From positions 62,001 through 126,000 of the forward strand of contig CP128821.1 of NCBI GenBank assembly GCA_051546255.1: DNA of 64,000 bases, written 5' to 3'. Numbering within the stretch: position 1 is the first letter of the stretch; every line of letters begins with the position of its first letter. A program made the position numbers and the translations under genes. This document shows positions 42,459-51,506 of this stretch, in pieces. Below the pieces are notes generated by a model that saw only the letters and a list, made by a program, of their open reading frames with translations, ran no database searches and was not told the origin of the DNA. The stretch is from Meyerozyma guilliermondii. Its lineage: Eukaryota.

Positions 42459-42689
42459 ATGGTGTGTGCTTCTGGTGACTGCGTGTGCGCAAAGAAATCT
42501 ACTTGTTCATGTGGGGCTCAACCTGCATTGCATTGCAACTGTGCCAAGGCTGCAACTGAAAACGCAGTGCCTGCATCCTCTGATGCTTGTGCATGCGGTA
42601 AAAGAGCAAAGGGAAGCTGTACCTGCGGTATGGGCGGCGAATGTGACGGCCACCGTGATGGCGAAGTCGACTTTACCTACGCAAAGTAA
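42459..42689 (+). CDS. CRD2: Cys-rich metallothionein-like protein, 76 aa
   Basis: CVCAKKSTCSCGAQPALHCNC..CACGKR..CTCG..DGEVDFT matches Candida Crd2 as I recall it; TATAAA at 42424. Confidence 0.88.
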   Translation: MVCASGDCVCAKKSTCSCGAQPALHCNCAKAATENAVPASSDACACGKRAKGSCTCGMGGECDGHRDGEVDFTYAK

Positions 42690-42779
42690 ATGTATATTAG
42701 TTTAATGAATTGATCCGTGCATCCAGACACCACGCGTAGTGACCTCCGCATTTCAACGAAAACCGGTGACTTCCGGTCC

Positions 42780-43016
42780 ATGGCAAGACTTTCAGGATTG
42801 CAGCGCGACGTGCTTAAGTTATGCCGCCAGTCGTTCCGGACAGTGCGGACAAAGCCGCCGGAATACCAGGCTCACTGGCGTGCTTATATAAAGCAGGAGT
42901 TCGCGAAAAATCGCCTGGTTTCTAAAAAACAGTTCAGTGTCATCGAGCACTTGCTACGCGTAGGTCATCGCCGACTTGAAATGTACCTGAGTCCCGCAAT
43001 CAAAAACGTTCATTAG
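42780..43016 (+). CDS. SDH6: Succinate dehydrogenase assembly factor 1 (LYR family)
   Basis: RLSGLQRDVLKLCR..IEHLLRVG; ATG at 42780. Confidence 0.9.
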   Translation: MARLSGLQRDVLKLCRQSFRTVRTKPPEYQAHWRAYIKQEFAKNRLVSKKQFSVIEHLLRVGHRRLEMYLSPAIKNVH

Positions 43017-43032
43017 GTTCTTGTATATAGTC

Positions 43033-46000
43033 CTAAAACACAAGTTCATAGTTTTCCAACAATAACTCTGTAGCGTCGTTTCGATGTCCCGTATCCGTCA
43101 ACTCGCGTTCTCCGGTTCGGTCCCGTGCTAGTGTGGGTGCAAATACAACAGACAAGTTTTTGGTGCCCATTCGATTCGAAGCCTGGTTTTGCGTAATCAA
43201 ATTTAGATGATGGCACAACATTTCGAGGGTATTTTTGTTGGCTGGTGGAAGCCTGTTAATGACTTTGGTTTTCAATTCGTGGACTTGTTGGTCCAACGAC
43301 AGCGTCTGCTTCAATTGGCCCACTTTGATGAAGTCGGTGTAAATGTTGTACGGTATAATAGGTTCAGGAAGTTTGCGTAAATAACGCTTGAGTGCTGAAG
43401 TCACAGCGTTGATGTCCACATCCAATGCTTCCAAGAGTTTCTGGTACTTGTCGTCGTTCTTACCGGTAAGATTCGAAAAGCAGTTTTCGATATTGACAAT
43501 GGCTGAATTTCCACCAGAAATTCGGTAGATTCCCTCCACATCCAACCCGCGGACCTCCACCTCTTGGATGCATTTTGTGACTATGAACGGCACCAGTTCG
43601 TTCTCGAAAGTGGCCCGCTGCTGAATGGTAGACGAGAAAAGTGGAGCATTTCCATCGGCTTTTTCGCTGGCCGAATTGTTTCCGATGAATGAGTCCAAAA
43701 TATTCGAAGACTTGCTTCGAGTGAAAAACGACCCTTGGTTGGACGATGTCTTTTTCGGTTTTTCAACACTCAAAAAATCACTTCCGCTCCCTGAATTGGC
43801 ATGAGAATGTGTACCGTTTTCCGCTGGGTTGATGGTGGTGGAACTATGGCTCTGGCTCATTTTCATGCCATTGCTTCCGTTGGCCAGTCTATTCTGACTC
43901 ACTAGCTGAGGACTGGAAACTTGTATAGGCACCGGCGCCGACGACGGCGAGCTGCTGGACCCAAGCTTGGCTCGTCTCCAGAATTTCAATTTTGTCGCCT
44001 TGTTCGTTTCCACGTTTTGGTCGTCGTAATTTGTGTAGTTGGGAGTTTCGTTGATGTACGACGACGACGACGTCAGCTTCGTCAACGGCATGGTACTGCC
44101 CAAGCTTGCTGCCAAAGTAGTCTCGGCCGTGGACCCAATGTCGCTGTTTCTGGGAACTCTCAAGGACGAGTCCAATTGGTCGTTTTCCATGCGAAGACGA
44201 CGGTTTTCCTCGGCAAGACCATACTTGACCTTTTCTAGGTCTGCGATTTCTCTCATGAGAATCTCGTAGTTGGTGGTTTCCTTAGAGAATTTGTCCTTGA
44301 TGGCTTCAACAGCACTGGCAATCTTTGTCTTTTGCTCTGATAAGGTGCTGATTTCTGTCTGTAATGAACTCCGCTGACTATCCATTTGGTACATTTCGAG
44401 CTTCATCCCTCGCAACTCAAGTTCGTTCTTGTGGTACTCGTTTCCAGTGTTGTAGCTTTCCAAGTTGGACACAAATGGAGTGTCAGAAGTCGATCTGTTG
44501 TGTCCGTTGTAGTTGTTGGGGCTGTAGGTGAACGAGGAGGGGTGATTCATCGGTGAAGTTCGTGGTAAAGGTGGTGTAGTATACGCGGAATTGCCATTGA
44601 TGGAACCATCAGATACATGTCTGGCATGTCCACGATCGTCTCTTCCTTTGAACGGATTGAGTTTGATGCTGAGTCCACTTCCACTGCCTCCCGAAACCGA
44701 TCTCTTGTGCTTCAATGAGAATTTTGTGCTTCTCAACGAGTATTTTCTCGTCAAATCTTCCTGCTCGTTGACTTGGTCTCCGTATGAGTCCTCGAGATTG
44801 GTCACCACCGGGGTTTGGTTCCCAATAATTTTAGCCTTGGGCACTTTGTGGTCCACGGGTTGTCTTTTATGACCGTTTTTCTTCTCGGGGCTATCGCTAT
44901 CCTTAGATCCTATTTTCTCAGGATCGTAGTACTCCATACCTTCCAATCCCAAGCCCTGGGGACTCCTGTTGAAATCCTTGAATGGCGACCTGTTGATATG
45001 TCTTGGGGGTACCTTGTCAGAACTTTTGTTATTGCTCTCGTTTGGTGTTAAAGGAACATTTGGCAATGGAAGTCGAGGCGGTGGAGACGCAACCGTTGAG
45101 GGAGAGTCGATATTTTTCGTTCTCTTGACTGGCGTTACATTTGCTGCGTTTCTTTGTTCAGGCCATTCTTCAATGCCAGTACTATCGTCCTTGCTATGCT
45201 CCGGTGACGTCTCTAGAACCCGAGCTTGACGATTGGCTCGAGCAAACGGCGAAGCATTTCCACGCTGACGGTCCATAGTACCAGGTTCCAACCCGGTTCT
45301 GTCACCGCTATACTTGCTGCTGCCTTCGGAAGAAACAGAAACCAGAGGCGAGTTGGCGGACGGAGCTTGGTCATAGTACTGGTTGGGAGAGAGAATTAGA
45401 AGGTCTTTGCCCTGGAAGTTTCGTTTTGAGACGAATGAAGGAGATTCGATTCTCTGGCTCATTGAGGAATGTGAATCCAACGAGCTGATTTGCGCAGCTG
45501 GCTGGAGCTGATTGCTGGATTGTCCGTTTATAGGAGGTGTGTGGAGCTGCCTGTCAAGGGGCGACGTCGTTTTCTGGTTGAGTTCGTCGTCACTGTCAAC
45601 CACTTCTTCAATTGAAGAGGTATTACTGTTGGCTGGCGAGATTCTGTCCCATGGCTTTTCGGAGGACTGAGTAGCGGTGGACTGTGAGTACGAAGAGACG
45701 GCTGATTTTGTCAAATGGAAGGAGTCCTGAGGCAATGGCTGCGAGTTGGGGGTTTTAGCTTCGGTTGGGGGAGGTGGAAGATTTTTGTCTTTGGTACTGA
45801 TGCTCGAGCCAGATCGGTTAGATGCAGTGAAAACGTCCAGCGCGAGAGACCTGTTGTAGATCTGCTCCACGGGAAGCTCTGGCGGAGGAGGACGGACGTT
45901 TTTCCGTGAGTTGGATCTCGATAAAGATGAAGATTCTGACCGTAACAGGTCCAATCTGGAATTGCTTCTGTCTCTTGGTTTCATCTCGGGGGTATTTAGC

Positions 46001-46464
46001 TCGGAGGGAGTGGAATTTTGCAGTCCATCTTGGGCCATCAACTTCTTTTTTGAGTCGTGTTTCTTCTTCTTGGCGATAAGTTTTTCATGACAACTCATAC
46101 AAAAGAGTCCTTTGGATGTTCTTGCGTACCGTAAATCCTCGATTTTGAGCTTACAGGAACGACACTTGAAGCACGACGAGCAATAAGCTTGGTCGCCTGT
46201 CAAAATAGCCAAATCGTCGATTTTCTTTCCACATTGCTTGCAGTTATACGAGCAATTAGAGCAGATAAGATTCCCGTTTCCAAGCACCAAAAAGTTGGAG
46301 TTGCACCCAAGCGATGTTTCACATTTGGAGCACTTGAAACAGTGGATATGCCACCGATCTTCTCCTAATTCATACGCATGACCTTCAAATATCGGCTCTC
46401 CGCATCGCTTACAGGTCTGGATAGGTATGTCGAATGAACCTGGAACCGACTCTTCGGCTACCAT
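43033..46464 (-). CDS. RGA2: LIM-domain Rho GTPase-activating protein
   Basis: Two N-terminal LIM domains, coiled coil, RhoGAP (EGIYRISG, LKRYLRKLPEP, NLSVVFAPTL). Confidence 0.93.
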   Translation of the reverse strand: MVAEESVPGSFDIPIQTCKRCGEPIFEGHAYELGEDRWHIHCFKCSKCETSLGCNSNFLVLGNGNLICSNCSYNCKQCGKKIDDLAILTGDQAYCSSCFKCRSCKLKIEDLRYARTSKGLFCMSCHEKLIAKKKKHDSKKKLMAQDGLQNSTPSELNTPEMKPRDRSNSRLDLLRSESSSLSRSNSRKNVRPPPPELPVEQIYNRSLALDVFTASNRSGSSISTKDKNLPPPPTEAKTPNSQPLPQDSFHLTKSAVSSYSQSTATQSSEKPWDRISPANSNTSSIEEVVDSDDELNQKTTSPLDRQLHTPPINGQSSNQLQPAAQISSLDSHSSMSQRIESPSFVSKRNFQGKDLLILSPNQYYDQAPSANSPLVSVSSEGSSKYSGDRTGLEPGTMDRQRGNASPFARANRQARVLETSPEHSKDDSTGIEEWPEQRNAANVTPVKRTKNIDSPSTVASPPPRLPLPNVPLTPNESNNKSSDKVPPRHINRSPFKDFNRSPQGLGLEGMEYYDPEKIGSKDSDSPEKKNGHKRQPVDHKVPKAKIIGNQTPVVTNLEDSYGDQVNEQEDLTRKYSLRSTKFSLKHKRSVSGGSGSGLSIKLNPFKGRDDRGHARHVSDGSINGNSAYTTPPLPRTSPMNHPSSFTYSPNNYNGHNRSTSDTPFVSNLESYNTGNEYHKNELELRGMKLEMYQMDSQRSSLQTEISTLSEQKTKIASAVEAIKDKFSKETTNYEILMREIADLEKVKYGLAEENRRLRMENDQLDSSLRVPRNSDIGSTAETTLAASLGSTMPLTKLTSSSSYINETPNYTNYDDQNVETNKATKLKFWRRAKLGSSSSPSSAPVPIQVSSPQLVSQNRLANGSNGMKMSQSHSSTTINPAENGTHSHANSGSGSDFLSVEKPKKTSSNQGSFFTRSKSSNILDSFIGNNSASEKADGNAPLFSSTIQQRATFENELVPFIVTKCIQEVEVRGLDVEGIYRISGGNSAIVNIENCFSNLTGKNDDKYQKLLEALDVDINAVTSALKRYLRKLPEPIIPYNIYTDFIKVGQLKQTLSLDQQVHELKTKVINRLPPANKNTLEMLCHHLNLITQNQASNRMGTKNLSVVFAPTLARDRTGERELTDTGHRNDATELLLENYELVF

Positions 46465-46823
46465 ATTGGGGTATTAGCAGTCTGTGATAGCAGGGATGAA
46501 TTTGGTGGCGAAAATTAGGGCCAAAAATGAGTTTTTTGCAATTTGTACACGTTAAACGAAAAGTGTTGGAAATGAGATTTTTAGCCCTACGGCACTATGA
46601 ACACCGGTCAGAGGTGTAGTGTGGTCGTGCCGGCTACGACGAATGTCTATGCAAGTTTTCAGGTGAAAGAATGAACGTGAAACGTCAGATCTTTGTCCAG
46701 GACACTTTATCCGTACAAAATGCTATTTATGAATATTTGGCTGAAACATGTGCCGGTTACATAAGCAGGGCGCGGCGCACACTTGAAGCCTGGAATTTTA
46801 TATACAGAAGCACGGCGGGTGTA

Positions 46824-48458
46824 CTAGAGCTCTTCCGCCGACAAGTCCGGTTTGATTTTGAACGGGCGGCCTCTCCAGTCGATTTCGTGGCCGCACATGG
46901 CGGAAATCCATATGGGGAGCGCCAAGAGTTCACGCATAAACCACACCTGGATCCAGCTGAAAAATGGTCTTTTCAATGGTGGGAGGTTGTGTCTAGCGAG
47001 CCATTTTGGCGGGTGTTCGAAGCTAGCAATGTTGTAGATCAATGTGTAGTACTGGCAGTAGTCGGTGAGGATCCATATTGCGAGATGAAATGCGAAATAT
47101 TTCCAGTTGAACCACTGGTTGAAGAAAAGTGTAGAAACGGCATAAGTTCCGTACACCCCACAAATGATGGATTCGGTGGTGGGTTCGATCAATGTGGCCG
47201 CAAGCACCATATACTTGCGCACGCGGAGCCACCGCACTCTTCTTTCGGCGTAATTGCTGATGGTGTTGTCTGTTCCACTGAGCGGCTGAATCACTACATC
47301 GGACGTGAGTCCGGTACGGCCATGAAGATTTTCCCATAAGGCAATTCCAATCATGTTGTCTTCGCCAATATATTTGGAGAAAAACTTGATGGAGTTTCCC
47401 GGTTTGGCTTCTCGAGTTAATTGAAGAGCGTCGTTGCGCACGGCTGGAGTATTGAAGAACGGCGAGTGCTTGATGGGAATGGCTGCCACCGCCAAGTCCA
47501 AGTCGGAGCGACGGTAGATGTTGGACTTGCCGTTGACGCAGGGCGCCACGGCGAGATTATTGAGAGAAACATAGAATTTCAGATGCGATGTGAGAAGAAA
47601 CATTTCGTCGAGTTTGGCGCCGAATTTTTTGAGAAGCCGCCGCCGCGGCGGCGAAATAGACAGCGGCAGCGATATTGACAGGAGCGGTATTGACAGGGAC
47701 AGCTGTGCCAGCGGTATTGAGCTTGAACTTGAGGTTGAAGTTGAATTTGGAGAAATTAGCTTTGAGGTTGATTTTGGCTCCGAAATTGAAAGACTCGATG
47801 AACTTGACGAGTTCGGTGTCGAGTTTGTTACATACTCCGAGTCGGTCGGTGCCTGTGGACTCACACTGAGCGCGAGCGGGACATGGTGGACCAATTTGTT
47901 GCGCCGCGAGCCCAGCACTGCTACTCCATTATTAGTATTATAGTTGAGCGTTTTAACAGAATTTCGAAGAACATTAGGCGACGCCCACACATTCGAATCC
48001 ATCACCCACAAAATGTCGTGTTTGGCGGCGCGGAACCCTTTGGCAAGATTATTGACTTTGGGATTCGGGCCAAAATGCTGCGTTGACTGGTTGGTTTCAG
48101 GGTCATGTTTCGACACCAATATTTGAGCTCTGACCAGCGGGTACCGTTGTATGAGGCTCTGGACCACGGGAATCGCCGCATCATTGGTCTCGTCAACACA
48201 AAACAAAATTTCAAACTTGTTCTGTGGGTAGTTTTGAAGAAATGACGATTCCAAACACGAGTACATTTCTGGCTCAATGCCTTTCAATGGCCGGATAATC
48301 AGCACCGGTTCCATGTCACGTTCATTCAACGGAAAACTGGGCGGTTTCCGGTACCGATTCATGAGGGCAAAAAAACCGGAGTACGCGGCCACTAGAATCA
48401 CAATGTACCATATTAGAAGAAAAATAGCAGACGCTTCGCGAAAGCTAAAGTCGATCAT
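46824..48458 (-). CDS. HSX11: Ceramide glucosyltransferase (glucosylceramide synthase)
   Basis: IRPLKG, GPNPKVNNL, WVMDSN, CVNGKSN, GEDNMIG, RRVRWLRVRKY; ATG at 48458. Confidence 0.93.
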   Translation of the reverse strand: MIDFSFREASAIFLLIWYIVILVAAYSGFFALMNRYRKPPSFPLNERDMEPVLIIRPLKGIEPEMYSCLESSFLQNYPQNKFEILFCVDETNDAAIPVVQSLIQRYPLVRAQILVSKHDPETNQSTQHFGPNPKVNNLAKGFRAAKHDILWVMDSNVWASPNVLRNSVKTLNYNTNNGVAVLGSRRNKLVHHVPLALSVSPQAPTDSEYVTNSTPNSSSSSSLSISEPKSTSKLISPNSTSTSSSSSIPLAQLSLSIPLLSISLPLSISPPRRRLLKKFGAKLDEMFLLTSHLKFYVSLNNLAVAPCVNGKSNIYRRSDLDLAVAAIPIKHSPFFNTPAVRNDALQLTREAKPGNSIKFFSKYIGEDNMIGIALWENLHGRTGLTSDVVIQPLSGTDNTISNYAERRVRWLRVRKYMVLAATLIEPTTESIICGVYGTYAVSTLFFNQWFNWKYFAFHLAIWILTDYCQYYTLIYNIASFEHPPKWLARHNLPPLKRPFFSWIQVWFMRELLALPIWISAMCGHEIDWRGRPFKIKPDLSAEEL

Positions 48459-48913
48459 ACTCAAGACCGGTGGCGGATTCGGGGCACAAAACCATGCAAA
48501 AGGGTATTAGAGATGCAGTAAAGAGTGGATGCAAATGCTGCAAATGAAAAGATCTCGCGAAGAACTGTGAAAATGTATGAAAACGCGAATATGTAAGCAG
48601 AAGAGAACTCGAGTACGTAAGCAGCAGAAGAAGACAGCGATGTACGTAAGCAAGCACCGGGCTTGAGGTTTGGGTGGCTTTAACTGGTGTATGGATGTAT
48701 GGGATTATGAGTGGTGTTTGGGTCGGGCACCGACCCCAGATTTTTACATAAGCGCCCGGTATGAGCCGACTCCGACGGACATTGAAGTCCACTGACCGGC
48801 CGCTTTATATCAATTTGGATGATTTTTGGCTCATTTCCGGCTTATCGCCGGTTTGCCTGACCCCGGTTATTGCCCGCCCCCGTTTACGAGCGCCCCCGGC
48901 TTACAATACGGAC

Positions 48914-48987
48914 CCTCGGACCAGCGCCTGCGTCGTAAGCGCATGCGAATCATGTGGGGGTGCTGATGTAAGCGCACAAACCCTCGG
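48914..48987 (+). promoter_or_regulatory. Two CCTCGG elements (FarA/Ctf1-type fatty-acid induction sites)
   Basis: CCTCGG at 48914-48919 and 48982-48987, upstream of CAT2. Confidence 0.55.
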
Positions 48988-49082
48988 ATGTTGGGAACAC
49001 TACTTATAGGAGTTAGCATCCTCTTAATTGTGGCAAGATTCTTTCTTTGTGAGATTGAATACTCATTTTGAATTGCGCGCAA

Positions 49083-50951
49083 ATGCTAAGAGCAATGAAA
49101 CAAGTAGCTGGAATTAAACAATTTTCCACGTCAGCTCTTAAAGGTGATCTTTTCAAATACCAAAAAGACCTTCCCCGGTTACCGGTGCCCAGTTTGGCAG
49201 AAACCACCGCCAAATATTTAAGGTCGGTTGAGCCATATTTGACTCCTGAGCAGTTAAAGGCAACTACTGCCAAGGTGGAAGAGTTTGTGAAGCCCGGAGG
49301 AGCTGGGGAAACTCTTCAATCGAGATTGACTCTGTTTGCTAAAGACAAAGATAATTGGTTGGCAGAATGGTGGGATGATTATGCTTATATGCTGTACAGG
49401 GATCCTGTGGTTCCCTACGTGTCTTACTTTTTGTCGCACAAGGATATCCGCAATCCAATTGGCCACGATCAATTGTTGAAGGCTACTTTGATCTCGTATT
49501 ACACCCTCAAGTTTATGGAAGATGTTCAAAATGAGACCCTTGAGCCGGAAATTATTAAGGGAAACCCATACTGTATGAATGCGTTCCACTACATGTTCAA
49601 CAACTCCAGGGTCCCCGCTGCCGGTCTGGACATCACCAAGAAGTACGAAGGTGCCGACCACCGCTATTTCGTGGTGATCCACAAGAACCACTTCTACAAG
49701 GTTTATCACCACACCAAGAGTGGTCAGGCGTTGCTGAAGCCTGATATTTTCAAGCAATTGGCTTTCATCCAGTACGATGCATCTATCAAACCCAGAGGTC
49801 TTGGTATTGGTGCATTGACGTCGTTGAACCGTGACGAGTGGTTAAAGAGCTACCAGTCGTTGATCAAATCGCCCGTCAACGAAGCTTCGCTCGAGACCAT
49901 CTTTGCCTCGTCGTTTGTGTTGTGTCTCGATGACCACAGCCCCATCACCATCGAAGAAAAGCTGCGTAACTGCTGGCACGGAGACGGCCAGAACCGGTGG
50001 TTCGATAAGCCTTTGGAATTTTTTGTAGCCGCCAACGGAAACTCGGGTTTCTTGGGTGAGCACTCTAGAATGGATGCTACTCCTACGGTGCAGATGAACA
50101 ACTACATTATGGATTCTATCTCCAAGGAAGACCCAACGGCGTTGGTGGCTGAGTTAACCGCAAATAACAAAAGTGTAGCTGAAGTTGACGTCGAAGCTCT
50201 CCCCACCGCTTTGGCTTTCGACATCAGCCCTGTGGTTCGCCAGGATATTGCCGATGCCATTGTCAAGTTCAACGAAACCGTCAATTCGCTCGATGAGGAA
50301 CTCTTCCAGTACCACGGATACGGTAAGAACCTCATCAAGCAGTTCAAGGTGTCTCCCGATGCTTACGTGCAAATGATGATTCAATTGGCCTACTACAAGT
50401 TGACTGGAAAGATCAGACCAACCTACGAATCGGCCGCTACGAGAAAATACTTGAAGGGTAGAACCGAAACCGGTAGATCTGTTTCCAAGGAATCCGCTGC
50501 TTTTGTCAAGACGTGGACCAATCCTGGATCCACCATCGAGGAAAAAATCGACACCTTTAACAAGGCTTGTAAGCAACATGTTACCTACTTGACTGAAGCC
50601 GCCGATGGACGTGGAGTCGACCGTCACCTTTTTGGTCTCAAGCAAATGTTGCAACCCGGTGAACCTGTTCCAGCTATTTTCCAAGACCCTGTTTTCTCCT
50701 ACAGTGGTACATGGTATATTTCCACTTCTCAAGTGCCTTCCGAGCACCTCCAATCTTGGGGATGGTCGCAAGTTATTGACGAAGGTTTTGGGTTGGCATA
50801 CCTTGTTAACAAAGATTGGATCCACACCCACATTTCATGTAAGAAAGGAAATGGATTGCGTTCCGATGCGTTGAAATGGTACCTTACCGACTCTGCGAAC
50901 GAGATGAAGGAGGTGTTGAGCACCCAACTCGCGCCCAAGGCCAAGTTGTAA
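49083..50951 (+). CDS. CAT2: Carnitine acetyltransferase, mitochondrial/peroxisomal
   Basis: LPRLPVP, NRWFDKP, GEHSRMDATP, YESAATRKYLKGRTET, GRGVDRHL; C-terminal PTS1 AKL; ATGs at 49083 and 49095. Confidence 0.96.
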   Translation: MLRAMKQVAGIKQFSTSALKGDLFKYQKDLPRLPVPSLAETTAKYLRSVEPYLTPEQLKATTAKVEEFVKPGGAGETLQSRLTLFAKDKDNWLAEWWDDYAYMLYRDPVVPYVSYFLSHKDIRNPIGHDQLLKATLISYYTLKFMEDVQNETLEPEIIKGNPYCMNAFHYMFNNSRVPAAGLDITKKYEGADHRYFVVIHKNHFYKVYHHTKSGQALLKPDIFKQLAFIQYDASIKPRGLGIGALTSLNRDEWLKSYQSLIKSPVNEASLETIFASSFVLCLDDHSPITIEEKLRNCWHGDGQNRWFDKPLEFFVAANGNSGFLGEHSRMDATPTVQMNNYIMDSISKEDPTALVAELTANNKSVAEVDVEALPTALAFDISPVVRQDIADAIVKFNETVNSLDEELFQYHGYGKNLIKQFKVSPDAYVQMMIQLAYYKLTGKIRPTYESAATRKYLKGRTETGRSVSKESAAFVKTWTNPGSTIEEKIDTFNKACKQHVTYLTEAADGRGVDRHLFGLKQMLQPGEPVPAIFQDPVFSYSGTWYISTSQVPSEHLQSWGWSQVIDEGFGLAYLVNKDWIHTHISCKKGNGLRSDALKWYLTDSANEMKEVLSTQLAPKAKL

Positions 50952-51043
50952 GGAAAAATTATGCAATGTGCATTTTATTTAAGTATGAGTAGAGTTAGAA
51001 TTCTATGAATTTATTTTTATTACTGCAAAATTTAGAAATTAAG

Positions 51044-51095
51044 CAAAAAAAGAAAAGAAAGAAAGAAAGAAAGAAAAGAAGAGAGAAAGGAAAAA
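51044..51095. repeat. (GAAA)n purine microsatellite
   Basis: AAAAGAAAGAAAGAAAGAAAGAAAAGAA run downstream of CAT2. Confidence 0.85.
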
Positions 51096-51506
51096 CAAGA
51101 GTACATATAGTGACCGAAATTACCATCTAAACCATTAAAACCACTGTTCTTCAATTCTTCAAAATCTTTATCTATTTCTGAGGGCCATCTCCGCCAAATC
51201 CTGGCCTCCGAATCCTGATCCCTACACCCAGACACCGCACTATTAATGGAACAGGCAAGACGAAAGCTATTACACGACTTCCACAAAATAGGTTGCAAAC
51301 AACTCCGCGGCAAGTCACGGATAAACTCAGTGGTTGTTTCGGCGGTAGTTTCTTTTCCACCCCTAAAACTGCCGCAAGTTGATTTTTGCCACAAAAAATT
51401 ACTTCCCTAGCATTTCAATTTCACGTCTTAATCTCGCACATCGCATAGCCTTGCATCCGTCAACATCACATTTTTGTTTTTCCTTTTCACCCATGAGTAT
51501 CATAAA

